From assembly GCF_009914755.1 (NCBI RefSeq), contig NC_060940.1: a DNA stretch of 64,000 bases. The stretch is one strand, 5' to 3'. A program made the position numbers and the translations under genes. The notes below the pieces were generated by a model. The model searched no databases. It was given only the letters and a program-made list of their open reading frames with translations, and was not told where the DNA came from. How positions within the stretch are numbered: the stretch's first letter is position 1; every line of letters begins with the position of its first letter. This document shows, one piece after another, positions 35,977 through 53,452 of the stretch. Source of the DNA: the human T2T-CHM13v2.0 reference genome, Homo sapiens.

Positions 35977-36330
35977 TTCCTTGTTCATGCACCTCTGGTC
36001 AGACGCAGTTCAGCTGATCTAGGCTGGGCTTGGCTAGCATTGGCTTGAAGCTGCAGCTGGTGTCCAGATCTGTTCTACGTATTTGTGATTCTCCTCAGCC
36101 CTCCCGGGTACTTGAAGCATGTTATTGTTATGGCAAAAGTCAGGAGTGCAACCTGCCTGTGCAAAAACATGCCAGGCTTCTGTTGCCTGAAATCCTCTAA
36201 GATACCCCTTTGGCTTAAGCAAAATCACACAGCAAGGATCAAAGTCAAGGAGTGGGGAATTATATCTGTCCCTTAGAGATGGAGATAGGAGAGAGTGTGA
36301 ACAAATGCAGGAAAATGATCTCATCTACCA
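35977..36330. mobile_element. Old MaLR LTR fragment (MLT1J/K-like) at the ABHD17A breakpoint
   Basis: CAGCTGATCTAGGCTGGGCTTGGCT...CCAGATCTGTTCTACGT...AAAGTCAAGGAGTGGGGAA. Confidence 0.6.
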
Positions 36331-39300
36331 GAGTGTCCTTAAATATTTTAACATAATAAATTCAGTATTGTTTTTGTTTGATTGAATGAAGCTTTGCATG
36401 GACACAGTACAGTACAAAAGTACTATTTGAACTCTTTCTCCACATTCATAAAATTGCTAGTTTCTACCATGATTATATTTTTATGATCCATTTTTGTGTA
36501 CAGATCTGAAAACTTTATACTAGAATTTATTAGCTGAGGAAAGGAACATCCACTGACATCATCATATACAAATATTTCTCAACATTTTAATGCTTGTGGT
36601 ATTGTTAATGTTTCTGTGGAAAAAAATCACAGAAGTGATTTCTAAGTCAGTTATTGATTTATTCTAATGAATTATAAAAATCAGACTAAATTACTAATAG
36701 AGAAATTACATTTGAAATACTAGTCTGAGCTACAGATGAGATGGATTTTTGTGCTCATCATTTGTACTCTAGCTATGTTTGTTGAGATTGGGTTATTAAA
36801 ACATAATTATAACATTATCAGCAGAAAAGCCTGTTGTGCTATAATTAAATCATCTAAACAATCATTTTTGTGGTCTTAATATCCTGGATTTCTCAATTCA
36901 TTGTAGTAGATAAGATTTCTCTTTAAATACTACTTACTATCAGTAGCTTGCTTTTCTGTGAATGCTAGAAAATTTAGAATTCTGCATTAACATTTAACAA
37001 AATATATGCTATCCTAATATTGATGCATTATATTTATCTATACAACATGCAACAAGAGAGAAATACTGGATGAATCAGAATATTTGCAGCCTATGGCAAT
37101 TATCTGTAGCAACATTTTTTTTGTCTTCAGAAAAATATAGATGATTTTGGAAATGGATTAGTTCTAGTTTCAATCTAGGAAGAACTACTTATGGAAGTTT
37201 TGTGTACAGGATACTGATGTTTTCAAATATAATGCATTATTATTTTAGTTTAGTTTCTTTTACCACATACTTAGAAATTGTTCAAGTGAACAGGCTATTA
37301 AAACTAATGGTATAGATAAATGGTATAGATAGGCCTTGTAAACATCCCACTTTTCCCAAGCCATGAATTTTAACACCTGATTAAGGAGATGAAAATGGAG
37401 CCATTGGGAATGTGAATTCTTTGCTAATAATTATTTTTCTTCCTTTAAAAAGATTCTTCAAAAGGCAAGAATATGGAAGTATTTCAGGAGATACTCTTGA
37501 GGTATCTAAAATACATACTCTTCCTATCAAAATCAGTAAATAGATTGATGTAAGTAAGATAAAGTCAGGGCAACTGGTTTTGCATGTGAGTGTACACACA
37601 GACACATATCCATGTATTCTCCATCTGTTCTCAGTTACTGAATTATTAGACCCAACTGACCACTTGACTGTGTTTAACCTGATAAACAGACTCTTAACAA
37701 GAACAATATTTTAAAAGCTGGATTGTTCCTCCTACTTCTCAGCATGCATCAGCCACTCTCTTTCCCCATCCTATCTCCTGCCAAATGGTCTCTAAATATC
37801 TGTTCCACTTGGAGACACTATTGGATGTTGTTGTAAATGACTTTAATGAATATTCACTCTACCTGCTTTCATATTAATTCAGTTTTCCTAGGATGGTCTC
37901 TATGGGATCAAGCAAAAGGACTTAGTGGAATATCTCTATCTGACTCCATAAAGTAAAGAATGTGGTGAGTTTAACAGAGTGCCCCTTCCTTTACTAAATG
38001 TGAATGATGTTTCAGTATAGGAGGCCAGAGTGAAAAGTCCTAACGTATGTTTGTTTGGGCAGCCAACAATTGGTCACATTGTACATTTCATGTTACAAAG
38101 GAGCCTCATGGTAGTATAAATGAGGGTCGGGAAAAGACACTTAACTGCTCAGGGCTTTAAAATGGAGCCAGAGCAAGAATTGTAGAAGTTGACAATATCA
38201 GGAAGGAAACCTCTGTAAGCAGGCACGCAGGGGAACTCCAGAAATCTCTTCTTTGCCCCTACAACTCTGGACTTTCAGAAATACACACCCCATCCTCCTG
38301 TATTAATACAAAATTCATGTTCACAACAACATCAAAAATCAATTTTAAAATAGTAAACCTAAGGTAGACGGAAAGACATTATAGCCTCAGCATGCCTGAG
38401 ATGTGAGGAGCAAATCAGAAAGATGTTGAGTGTGAAGAGAAAGGGACATCGTGATAACCAATCATTTAAAATTTTTACTCCAGAGAAATGGCAATATTTC
38501 ACAGATTGTTTCTCATCACCAATCTCACAAGTATAAGTATTTTCTGAAAATTTTCCTCTCAATTTTTTTCCTTGACAGTGAAGTCCAGAATAGGTTGGTT
38601 TAGATCTTGCTCTTTTCAGCCTCAATACTCCATAATCACCTTGGCTTTTTTGATTATGACTGGATGGCATGTACTATTATTTTAATATTAAAGATTTAGT
38701 AAATAATTTTAAATGTTATCCTTAAATAACTGTGGGCTTTATTCATTTACTGTACATATTTTGAAAACATTCATAAGAACTTAAGGATTTTAATTCAAAT
38801 GGTCTCTAAAGTAGAAAATGCACTCACAGATTATGCGTATGTCTTTTAAGAAACAGAAACGTGCCATTTGTTTTTAAATTGAGTAGACTTTGTATCCTTT
38901 AGAATTTGGGCAGAGTTTTCTTGCTATATTGTAGAGAACCTATCAACCATATCTTAATTTTCTTCTTCTTGAGGTTTTCAAAATTAACATTGGCATTGGT
39001 CCACTAATTCCTTGTTTTCTATTTTTGGATGAGTGTGCATAATTACCTCCATCTTAATTTTCAACATAAATGTTTAGCAGAATCTTTCATGTTTCATTGC
39101 CATGTAAGCAGATGTGGTTTTTATTCTTTTTCCTTTTCATTGAACAGTTACTTCATTTGAAATTTTTCACTTGATTTAACTTTTTTTTTTTGGTGGTAGA
39201 TACATCTGTTGCCACCTGTGTCTGGTTGGCATTTTAATGTGTTGCCTCAAAGCTGTAACCACAATAGTGGCACATTTTCCTGCTGTTCCTTTATTCTTTG

Positions 39301-39646
39301 TTTCATGTGTATCTGTTTTCAAGAAATTGCATTGGTATACTATCATAGCTTTTTTTGTCTCTCAGATTTTCTATTGTAATTGTTTATATTTATGCATTTG
39401 GAAATATTTCATGATTGTTACATAAAACAGCAGAGCTCTTTTAGAAAGTTTTCATGGTTTCCCAAATGTACAATCATATAGATTATTTAGTAGTTATTAC
39501 ATAATGATCTTTGGAGCAATAAATGCTGTTATATAAGAACAATTCCCAAATGTAATTTGAAAGTTATAAGCTAGGCTTTGACGGCCTAGAATTAATGTAC
39601 CTTTATAATTCTAATCTGCATGCAAATTTAAGAAGACCACGGATTG

Positions 39647-39790
39647 AGGACTGGGTGCATAATTTTCAGGGCCCAGTAAAAAGTGAAAATGTAGAACCCT
39701 TTGATAAAAAATTACAAAGAATTTCAAGATGACCATAATAGGCCATGCACAAGGCCTTTCTAAATGGGTAGAGTGATCATGAAGCCATGG
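39647..39790 (+). mobile_element. MER45-like hAT DNA transposon fossil
   Basis: CATAATTTTCAGGGCCCAGTAAAAAGTGAAAATG...AAGAATTTCAAGATG. Confidence 0.6.
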
Positions 39791-40143
39791 GCATTGTTTT
39801 GTTTTGTTTAATCTTACTGTTTGGTTGTAAAGCAGATCTTTAAATCAAGAGAAAAAAGAATGCCAAAGAACATCTCAATCAAAATGTTTTAAACATTATA
39901 GAAGATTAGATCCATATAAATGAAAGGGATAAAGAAAAAGCACATATCCAACCTCAAATATAAAGCATGGAATTCTTATGTGAACTCCATTATAGCACTT
40001 GATATTTCAGCTCTATTTTCATTTTTGAACAACTCTAGATATATCTATATATTTTAGTCTAAAATTTAATTTTTATAAGTTCTAAGTTCTTCCCCAAATT
40101 CTACCTTAGATAAACAATTCAGAGATACCTGTGTTTCCTATTC

Positions 40144-40227
40144 TATTAGGTGGAACCATATGAAATTGTCAGTATTCAGCCTTTTCTGTCCTACAAAAAA
40201 ATGACAGCTTTGTGTTTCCACCTAACA
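40144..40227. mobile_element. MADE2 mariner-derived MITE (~80 bp)
   Basis: TATTAGGTGGAACCATATGAAATTG...TTTCCACCTAACA terminal inverted repeats. Confidence 0.8.
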
Positions 40228-43200
40228 CATGGCAGCCCAATAAATATGTGACAGTCAGGACCATAGAGCTACCACACTAAACAATACTAAATGCATACAC
40301 ATACCCTTTCCAAAACCCTGGCAGGTCTTCTTTTCCCCAAAAGAATCATTCTTTGACTCTTCACCCATTATTCATGTGAGAAATTTTCCAGGCCCGTCAA
40401 CATGTCAGTTGAGTGACTGTAACAATTAGATCTATCGATTCTCCTCTCACAATTTGACATTCTTTATTGAAAAGCATGATCTAAATGTTGACTAATAGTC
40501 TGCAGAGTGAAACATGTTTACTAGTTCCCATGACCTAAAACAGTGTAAAACCATGATTCAAAAATTTCTTTTCTTAAAAACTTCTAAACAATATGTCTGC
40601 CGGGATAAACTGGTGCAATTTCTATGTGGAACCTAAAGAATTTCAATGACACATTTTCATCCTTATTGCTGTTAAATAATCCCTTCAATAGTGCCCCATC
40701 TTCTGTACTCCTTCATACGATTTTCTATCTTATTATTTTCCATCATTCTTTCTGTTACAACTATAATAGTTTCTTTGGAGAAACTATAGATTTTCCCACT
40801 TCAGAGGCATTTCTGCATTGAGCTCTCATAAACCTCTCTAACATGGTGGGAAATAGACTCAATAACATTTGTGTATGAATTCAGTTGTGAATTACTTAAG
40901 GCTCATCTATAACATCAAAAAGCAACTTGGTAAAAACAATTCTATTGAAGATTATATGATCTAAGTATATATAACTTTAGGATGGCTTCGACTGAGACAA
41001 AAATAGTATCGATACAGTGTGGAGCAATGAATTTCTAAAATTTTTATCTGCTTAACATTTTTCAACAGCACAATTTATACAGAAGCCCAACATGAGACAT
41101 TCTTGTTCACATGGAATTTCTCTGCCCGCTTGAGCCCTGTAGAAATACCACAGTGTTGGTAAACAGCAACAGCAACAAGAAGATACTAAGCTTGAATTCT
41201 CAGTGGCTCAACCACACCAAAGTTTGTGGGTTGCTCCCATAAAGTTCAATGTCAGTCAGAATAAACTCCTCTATCATTAACCTATGACACACATTGCACG
41301 TAACCTTCAAAGTACTGGAAGTGGAAAAGGAGAGAACCTGGGAAGGAGGCAGGGGCTTTTTACTGCCTCAGCCCCAGAGTGATTCATGGCACTTCACCTC
41401 AGAGTCTCTTAGATCTTTCCACGTGATCCCAACATAACTGGATGTCTCTGAAATATCTGGGAGGGCATGAAGATTCATTACATGTCTTAGTATTCATTAC
41501 ATGTCTGTTTACAGACTCCATTTTGCTTTCTAAGATGCTCCCTGACTCTTCTCAGAAGCTTTACATAACATGCTATATAAAACACTGATCTAATCAAAAT
41601 ATCACCCTATACCCTATAAATATGTACAATGATGTGTCAATTTAAAAATTAAAGCAAAAAATCCACTGATCTAAAGGGATGATTTCCTCATGCTTCAGGT
41701 AATTCTTCATGGAATATTAGTCTCCAATACCAAACTTTTCTTAAGAATTTGGCTGCAAAGAATCCAATAATGTATTTTCAGAAAGAGATTGGAATGCCAC
41801 AATCTTGTGCATCAACAAAAGAGTGTGTCCCTTTTTGACATTTGGGTCTCTGCGTGACTTCTGACAGAAAGGACAGGCTCAGAGGACACATGGGCATGTC
41901 CAAAATTTAATTTCTAAAAGGCTTCTCGATCTGCCCTAATGAAGACATGAGTCTAGAAAGTTTCTGACCTCCAGAGCACAGACAGTGCTTCTTCGGAGAA
42001 ATTATAGATTTTCCCACTTCAGAGGCATTTCTGCATTGAGCTCTCATAAACCTAACATGGTGGGCAAGTTGGTATTTCAGTCCTTCACATTTAGCTCTGA
42101 GTTTAGTACTTGATGGATTTTAAATTAAGTTTCTTTGACATGAAATGAAATCTTCAGCTGCCTGTTAGTTCCAAAGCAGGCCCTCAAGCTCAACACATTA
42201 AAAAATTAGTCGTTTCCTCAGAATCTTGTTCTTCCTTCAGAGTTTCCAATTTTTGTTACAGATACCACCTGTCAGACAGTCATTTGGGCTTAACATTTTA
42301 AAGTCTGTTCTGGGTCTTCCACATTCATTATTCTCTACAGTCAATCACATTCCAAGGATTGTTGCCTCCAATGCATGCCTTTTTCTCAGTTTTATTTTCT
42401 CCCATCAGAGTCATGCACAGATTAGCTCTCAAGTGAGCTATTATAATGGCCTCCTAGCATCTAAACTCTCTTTTTCCAATTGATAGTTCTGCCAGAGTTG
42501 TCTTCTTAAAGCAGAGGTTAGACCGCATTTCTCTAAGTAAATTCCAACGACACCAAAATAGTGATTCTTAATAAGTATTACAAGTAGGGAAATACAGATG
42601 GGAGAGTTTCCTTGGTAAATAAGTTCATAAAATCTAGGTTAAACAATGTTAAATGGGGTTTGCTTTTTGCTGTTGCTTTGTTAATGTGCATTTGAAATTT
42701 CTAAAGTGGCATTACATATCCATAATTTCCCTTATCTGTTTGACAAAGGAATCTGGTTTGTTTAGAAGCATTTTTTCAGAACTTCTATAGGTCAACCTTT
42801 CAGAAATTCCTCATTATCAACAGTCAAATACAGATGTATTTTCTTTGGCTCTCGCAACAGGCTTAGAGGAATTTCTAGTCTGTTCTTGTGACGTTTCATT
42901 ATATGCATCTTTTGCTCAGGCCTGTTAAACCTACTCAACGTGTGTATCTTCTACTCCATGTCTTTATTCTTACTGTTGTCTTAACATGAAATCCTTGCAA
43001 CCCAATTCATAGTTTTTGTACTTTGGAAAAATCCAGATTATGTATCATCAATACATATTTTTTCTCTATTGAGATTTTCCTGTTTTTATGTATCACAGCC
43101 AGAAGTAATCACTGCATAGAGTATTTCTGCAGAAAGATGGAAGAGTTCTATTTTAACACAATATTTACTATACACCCAGCAAAGGTCTAGGTATTTATAG

Positions 43201-43728
43201 ATACTATTTTATATATTCATCCCATCAATGCTATGAAGAAATATTAATAAACCCATTATATATGCTAAAAGGTAGCGACACATATATGCCACATGTGCAG
43301 GTTTTCTCAGGTATTATTAGCTAGGGAAGCTGTGTTGTAACAGTCTTCAAAAACTTCCTTCTATTGTTTACATGCTATTCCACATCATTTTGTTTTCATT
43401 TCTTTTGTAGTATCTAATGTATTCTACTAAAAAAAAAAGTACAGAAGTTGGAAAACTCTTGTGAAAAAACATATATTACATATATACTATTCTTCATGAT
43501 GCTCAAAATTTTCATCATTATTAACATTTTGTATATATGTGTGTGTGTGTGTGTGTATGTATGCGTGTTAGATATATAATTTAAAAGAAAACAATAAGTT
43601 GGTGGCTTATGGCATATTGTTCCTTAAGTCCTGCATTTGAAACACACTGAGTGAATCAGCACATTTGATCATCTTTTAACTACAGTAGATGATTATACAT
43701 TAAAAATGCATTAACCATCCAAATACAT

Positions 43729-43846
43729 CTTTTTTATTTATTTATTTATTTATTTATTTTTATTTATTTTGAGACGGAGTCTTGTTCTGTTTGTTGCCCA
43801 GGCTGGAGTGCAGTGGCGTGATCTTGGCTCATTGCAAGCTCCGCCG
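43729..43846 (-). mobile_element. Truncated AluY 3' fragment fused to a MIR fragment (~43847-43985)
   Basis: (TTTA)n, GAGACGGAGTCTTG...GCAAGCTCCGCC, then abruptly GTGACCTTGGACA...GCCTCAGTTTCTC. Confidence 0.82.
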
Positions 43847-43946
43847 TGACCTTGGACATATCCCTAATATTTTCAAGCCTCAGTTTCTCGTCTTTAAAAT
43901 TAGAATAAAGATACCAAACTCCTGGGGTTTTGTGAGAGTAAAATGA

Positions 43947-44337
<391 letters not shown>

Positions 44338-44515
44338 CTGCGTTTTCTACTGTGGATGCTACTGAATGTTTTTAGTATTTGCTGTATGTCAAGAGCTCTT
44401 CTAATTAAACTCTATGCGTAATGACTCACTTAAAGGTTACTATTATTATCCCTATTGTAAGAAATGGACATTGGGGCACAAAGAGGCTTAGAAACTTGCT
44501 CAAGATCACATACCT

Positions 44516-44984
<469 letters not shown>

Positions 44985-45096
44985 TAAAGGAAGTATGCCT
45001 CCAAGAGGTATTGGAGTAGATAAACTAGATATTACAAAGCCTACAGATTCAGTCTATTAATTTTTAAAAATAAATTATTAATTTATTTATAAACAG

Positions 45097-45422
45097 TGTG
45101 TGTGTGTGTGTGTGTATGTGTGTGTGTGTGTGTGTGTGTGATGGAGTCTCGCTCTGTCGCCCAGGCTTGAGGGCAGTGGTGCAGTGGCCCGATCTTGGTT
45201 CACTGCAACCTCCCCCTACCGGGTTCAAGTGATTCCCCTGCCTCAGCTTCCTAAGTAGCTGGGATTACAGGCACCCGACACCAGGCCCGGTTAATTTTGT
45301 ATGTTTAGTGGAGAGGGTTTCACCATATTAGCCAGGATGGTCTCGATCGCCTGACCTCATGATTCGTCCACCTCAGCCTCCCAAAGTGCTGGGATTATAG
45401 GTGTGAGCCACCGTGCCCGGCC
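45097..45422 (-). mobile_element. Alu whose tail is a (CA)n microsatellite
   Basis: (TG)n at 45097-45140 runs directly into ATGGAGTCTCGCTCTG. Confidence 0.9.
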
Positions 45423-45504
45423 TATTTAAACAAGTTTTTAAAATAAATTATTTTATTTTAACTTATCATATTCCTTTATTCAGGGAGATAAGTTACTGAG
45501 ATAA

Positions 45505-46015
<511 letters not shown>

Positions 46016-46105
46016 TAGTCTTTCAGTCTTCTCTCAGCCAAGGCATCCAGTGAAAATACAATTTATTTTTCAGATTCCTCTGGAGAATTAAAAAGTCTCT
46101 TTTGC

Positions 46106-46408
46106 GGCTGGACACGGTGGCTCACACCTGTAATCTCAGCACTTTGGGAGGCTGAGGTGGGCAGATCACAAGGTCAGGAGATCGAGACCATCCTGGCCAT
46201 AGCCAACACGGTGAAATCCTGTCTCTACTAAAAATACAAAAATTAGCTGGGTATGGTGGCACACACCTGTAGTCCCAGCTATGTGGGAGGCTGAGGCAGA
46301 AGAATTGCTTGAACCCAGGAGGCGGAGGTTGCAATAAGCCAAGATTGAGCCACTGCACTTGCTCTGGTGACAGAGCAAGACTCCGTCTCAAAAAAAAAAA
46401 AAAAAAAA
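46106..46408 (+). mobile_element. AluS
   Basis: TSD AAAAAGTCTCTT. Confidence 0.92.
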
Positions 46409-46622
46409 GTCTCTTGCATCAAATTGCCATAGTCTCTGCTCTTGGTCCTCTTTTCCATGTACTCATTCTTCAAGGATTTATTTTCTCATTGCCTGATCAA
46501 GATCATTGCAATGACCAAAAAATTTTCGGATGCTGTGATTTTTGTAATATTCCTTTAAAAAGTTAATCATGATGTTGCGTTCTTCAGTGTGCAAGTGTGG
46601 AGATGTCAGGATGCCTCTTTAA

Positions 46623-47102
<480 letters not shown>

Positions 47103-47125
47103 TAATATTTAAAATATCTGAAATA

Positions 47126-47399
47126 GGCCGGGCACGGCGGCTCACACCTGTAATCCCAGAACTTTGGTAGGCTGAGGCGGGCGGATCACCAGAGGTCAGC
47201 AGTTTGTGATGAAACTCCGTTCCTACTGAAAATACAAAAATTAGCCGGGTGGGTGGCAGATGCCTGTAATCCCAGCTACTCGGAAAGCTGAGGCACCTAA
47301 ACCCGGGAGGTGGAGGTTGCAGTGAGCTGATATCATGCCACTGCAGTCCAGCCTCCGCGACGCAATGAGACTGTCTCAAAAAAAAAAAAAAAAAAAAAA
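47126..47399 (+). mobile_element. AluS with internal deletions
   Basis: Alu body plus poly(A). Confidence 0.9.
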
Positions 47400-47499
47400 G
47401 ATGGTGTCAGTGATTTCTGCTACATCAGCTCTGGAGGCACTCCGTACCTGATTGCTCCACTTTTAGTGGTGCTAAATTCAAATAATTCAGCTGGTGAGA

Positions 47500-48030
47500 A
47501 ACTGACTCCCGTGGGAGTGCGGGCGTGCGTGCGTGCCGCGGAAATCCCGCCTTCCGGCGCCGGCGGTTGGCCCTGGCTGCAGTGGGTGAGCTCCAAGTAG
47601 GAAGATAAACGGGATTGCGGGAAGCGGGAGAGTCAGGAGGAGCAGGGAAGGGCTCCTCTTCCCCATTGGCTGCGCCCGCAGAGCCGCCTTGCGATTGGCG
47701 GTAAGCGCGGGTCGGTGGAGGGGGCGGCAGTCCCGCGCGGGCACGCCCCTCGGGTAGCGAGAGGCGTCGGGATCGCGGGCGCCGGCTGAGCCAGCGGCTG
47801 CTGGGAGGCTGTGTGCGCACGCCTGCGGGGCGAGGAGGCCGGGCCCTGCGCCTCAGGTCCTGGCCTGGGGCACCGGGGCGTCCGGCGTCGGAGGCGGTGC
47901 GGGGTTGGCGGGAGGCACAAGGGGTGGGGGGGCGGGGGGGGGGGTTGCTGCGCGGACCGCCCGCGGCGCAGCCCCCTGCCTCTCTCTATCTCTAAGTGGT
48001 GGTGGCTGTGGGTTTTTCTGCAGGTGAGCC
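47500..48030 (+). promoter_or_regulatory. CpG-island promoter and exon 1 of the HERC2 pseudogene (donor after 47856)
   Basis: Dense CpG; two ATTGG (CCAAT) boxes at 47665 and 47694; ETS-like TTCCGG/GCGGAA; GC boxes. GCCGGCTGAGCCAGCGGCT...GGGCCCTGCGCCTCAG|GT matches the recalled HERC2 5'UTR. Confidence 0.88.
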
Positions 48031-48122
48031 TTTTGAGTAATTTGTTTCATGCAGGCGCCCTGCTGTTGGGTAAAGCGGCAGATTCACGCTGCTGTCATTT
48101 GTCGTTCAAACGATGGGCTTCC

Positions 48123-48518
<396 letters not shown>

Positions 48519-48760
48519 TCAAGGTCTCGCCAGCGTGGTGCAGAAACCCGGCATACCTTGCCTATCTAGGAAGGAGGCTTTCCCTTCCCCACCTCCCTCT
48601 CCCTCCATCTCTTCCCTCTATCTCTCTTTCCTCTTCATTCCCTTCCCCGAGCTCTTCTCTCCCATCTTTCTGTTCTTTTTTTTCTGCATTAAACTTTTCG
48701 GGAGTGTCTTTGTAAAATATTAAAAAGCGTTAGGTCTTCAACATGTATGTTTACTTGCAG

Positions 48761-48863
48761 GCCTGAGAACTGGGAGGAAGCTGGAGAAAAGATGCCCTCT
48801 GAATATTTGTGTTTGGCTGCCCAGGCTCGCCTTGACTCCAAATGGTTGAAAACAGATATACAG
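48761..48863 (+). pseudogene. HERC2P: HERC2P exon 2 with native ATG (48792)
   Basis: MPSEYLCLAAQARLDSKWLKTDIQ vs HERC2 MPSESFCLAAQARLDSKWLKTDIQ. Confidence 0.95.
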
Positions 48864-49769
48864 GTGGGGTTTGACATGTCTCTTTCTTGGTGTATTTCTG
48901 CTTCCATGTTTAAATTTCTCGTGTAAGTCTTTTTTTTTTTAGGGTATGTAAGGGGAAGTCAGTTGTTTCTTGCTATAGTAGAGGAGCAGGTTTGTTTCCT
49001 GTAACTTAAAATGTAACAGTCTTTATGGCTGTTTTTGTAGATCGTGCACGGCTGCCTTTTAATTAGTTTCTTGCAAGTGCACGAAACTTGAGATCTATGA
49101 ATAGGCAAAATTTTTTTCCTATTTTTTTATTACTGGTTAAGAAATCTGCCACACTCCTAACCATATGATGGTGACTGTTATTTGTTACTGATAGTTTTTG
49201 AGCTGTTTAGTTAACTGTGCAGGGGAAAGTTGGAGAAGTAAGTTGCAGTAATTATGGCCAATAGAAACGCACTCATTTTATGAGGTCTTGTGTTTGTGTT
49301 TTTGGAGAGACAAGAGTTAGTTCAGTCGAGGTGTTTGTTTTGTATTTGTATGCAATACAAGGTCTAAGGACAATTGTGTTGAAACTGAGGTCATGATGTT
49401 GGAATCTTAAGGGCTGAAGGTTCCAAATAAATGGTATATATAGAATTCTCTCTGACTCGAAATTGTCCCTTTCTGGACCTCCGGATGCTGAGGCTAAGAA
49501 TGTCCATATGATAGGGCCTTCCATGACAGGAGTCAGCAATCTTTTTTTTTTTTTTTCTTTCACGTATCTGTAATTCATTCTGTATATTTTAAAAAGTTTT
49601 AAGCTCTCTTCCTAGCCCTAGTATTTGTTAATAAATTAAAACATTTCCCAAAGTGTTTTTTTGTGAAACAATAATTCTAAAAGATGCTCTAAGAAAAGCT
49701 AAGCACATGGAAAAATCCAAAGTATATGTTTTATTTATTACATTTGATGAATTTGTTGTTTGCTTCTTT

Positions 49770-51192
<1,423 letters not shown>

Positions 51193-51199
51193 AACTTTT

Positions 51200-51975
51200 T
51201 TTTTATTAAAAAACTTACATGAAATTTATTTTATTGTGGTATCTAGTTCAGTAAATTTTGACCCTATAGATTCATTTAACCCCCGCCATCATCAGGATGG
51301 AGAAGTTTCATCACCCCAAAAGCTCCCTTAAGGTGCTGCTTTTTATCACATATCCCCTGGCCTCATACCCTGGCAACCACTGATCTGTTCTCCATCAGTA
51401 TAGGGTATTCTTTTTGAGAATGTCATGTGAGTGGAACCATATTTTAAGTAACGTTTTGAAACCATCTTCATTTACTCCTAGTTATATGTTTGAGATTTAT
51501 TGTTGTTCTGTGTATTAATAGTTCTTTTTATTGATGAATGGTGTTTCATCATTTGGATGTACCACATTGTGTTTATCCATTCTGCTATTGTAGGACCTTG
51601 TGGTTGTTTCCGTTTTTCTTTCACAATTGTAATCCTGCTGTGAGCATTTCTGTACAGATTTTGTGTGAATATAGTTTCCATTTCCCTAGGATAAAGACCT
51701 AGTAGTGTGAAAATTGGGTCATGTGCTGAACTGTTTTCCGAAGTGGCTGTTTTAGTTTGCATTCCTGCTGGTAATCTGTCACGTTTCTGTTGCTCTGTGT
51801 CTTTGTTAGCACTTGGTGTTATCAGTGTTTTTTAGTTGAGCCATTCTAACACGTCTAGTGGGATCTCATTGTGGTTTAAATTTGCATTTCCATAATGGCT
51901 AACAATGCTGAATATCATGTTCTTCTTTGCCACTCTTGTATCCTTTGTGAAGTTTCTGTTCAGATCTTTTGCACA
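51200..51975 (-). mobile_element. Old L1M fragment
   Basis: ORF2-like remnant (DPIFTLLGLYPREMETIFTQNLY); CCATTCTAACACGTCTAGTGGGATCTCATTGTGG. Confidence 0.75.
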
Positions 51976-52039
51976 GAAAAAGCTGTATCATGGAACCAGT
52001 AAAATAACCAAGGAGAGGTTGATTAAAGTTCTGTTTATA

Positions 52040-52476
52040 ATCCTAAAAGATTCCTGCCTTAGGGATATGGGATGGCTGAACATAAGACACCAACACTGGA
52101 CAGATGAAATAGCAGTTTATTAGTCACGCATGCTCACAGCCCTGGGGGTGGGGGACACCGCATGTCACACGGGGGCTGCACTTGGGAACAGAGTGAACCA
52201 CGAGGGGCTGTGGGAGGCACATTTTGTAGTAAGAAGAGGGTGAAATGACCTTGCTTCCGTGGGAAGATGTGATTGGCTTGTTGGAATAACTCTGGACCAG
52301 CAGGGATGAGCAGGCTGGGGTCGGGTCTCCGCGATAAGGAGGGTTGTTTGGCTCTGGGATCTTATCCGTGGGAGCAGAGCTTGGAGGAGACCTTGTGGTT
52401 AGGCTATTTGAGGCCTTCTTGATTTTACTGACGTCAAGGCAGCACATAATATTTAGTCTTAATTTCAGGCCACACA
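52040..52476 (-). mobile_element. LTR47-like LTR
   Basis: Ends CAAGGCAGCACATAATATTTAGTCTTAATTTCAGGCCACACA (reverse complement of the LTR47 5' end). Confidence 0.7.
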
Positions 52477-52709
52477 AGACATTCCTCTGTATCTACTTTC
52501 TGTGGCACTTTTCAAAAGGTTTTGTCCTTAGTGTTTAGCAGTTGATTATGATGTGCCTCATCATGGCTTCCTTTGGATTTATCTTGTTTGGGCTTTGCAC
52601 AGATTCTTCAATCTGCCTAGGTTTCTGTCATTTGCTGAACCTAGGAAGTTTTCAGCTATTAGTTCTTTAGATTTTTTTTCCAGCATTGTACCTTTTCTCT
52701 CCTGTTATT

Positions 52710-52850
52710 AACCTGTGGGGTCTGTGCTAATTCTAGGTAGTTAGTTTCAGAATTGAATTGCATTGTGGGACACATAGCTGGGTGTCGCAAAGAACTGGAG
52801 AATTGCTTGGTGCAAAAGTCCATACATTTGGCGTCAGAAGTGTTGTAAAC
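52710..52850 (+). mobile_element. MER21-like LTR fragment
   Basis: GTGGGGTCTGTGCTAATTC...CAGAATTGAATTG...CATTTGGCGTCAGAAGTGTTG. Confidence 0.6.
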
Positions 52851-53416
52851 AGAGGAACTGTTTCCTTAGGGATTTTTAGATACTCATTATTTATAATCTG
52901 GATGGGATATCATGTCTTTCACCGATTGAGGTACATTTTTCTAATTATGTTGTTTAGACGTTTAGTCACAGCCTTCTGTGATGGACCGTGTTTACACTTC
53001 AAGGTTAAGGTTAGTTCTCTCTTCTCTTCGCTTACTATGTCAGGAGTTTTATGACAGTTGTTTTTGACTGAAACGTTACATTGTCAGTGGCCTAAAGTCA
53101 TTTTTCCCAGCTTTTCCTTTGTGTCCCAGTGCTCTTGAATTATGCTATCAGTGACAGCGCCCCTGCATAGCAGTGCTTGCCAGTTGGCAGTGGAGTAGGG
53201 CCTTGGAAAGGGTTAAAAGATTTTTGAATCATACTCCTTTTCTACACCCTCCCTTTTCCCATGGGTACGCAAGCATTGGGACTCAATGGATGGAAGCAAT
53301 TCGTGTGAAATTGAAGTAGGTAAATATCAAATACTAAGTTTCTCAGTTGTGAAATCTACTAGGAAGTTAATGAAATATCATTTTGGAAGACATGCTTTAA
53401 ATAATTTGATATATTG

Positions 53417-53421
53417 GTTTC

Positions 53422-53452
<31 letters not shown>

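Noticed and set aside
37892-37964. 73-bp AG...GTGAGT cryptic exon-like segment
   Set aside because: No recognisable homology; such pseudo-exons are common.
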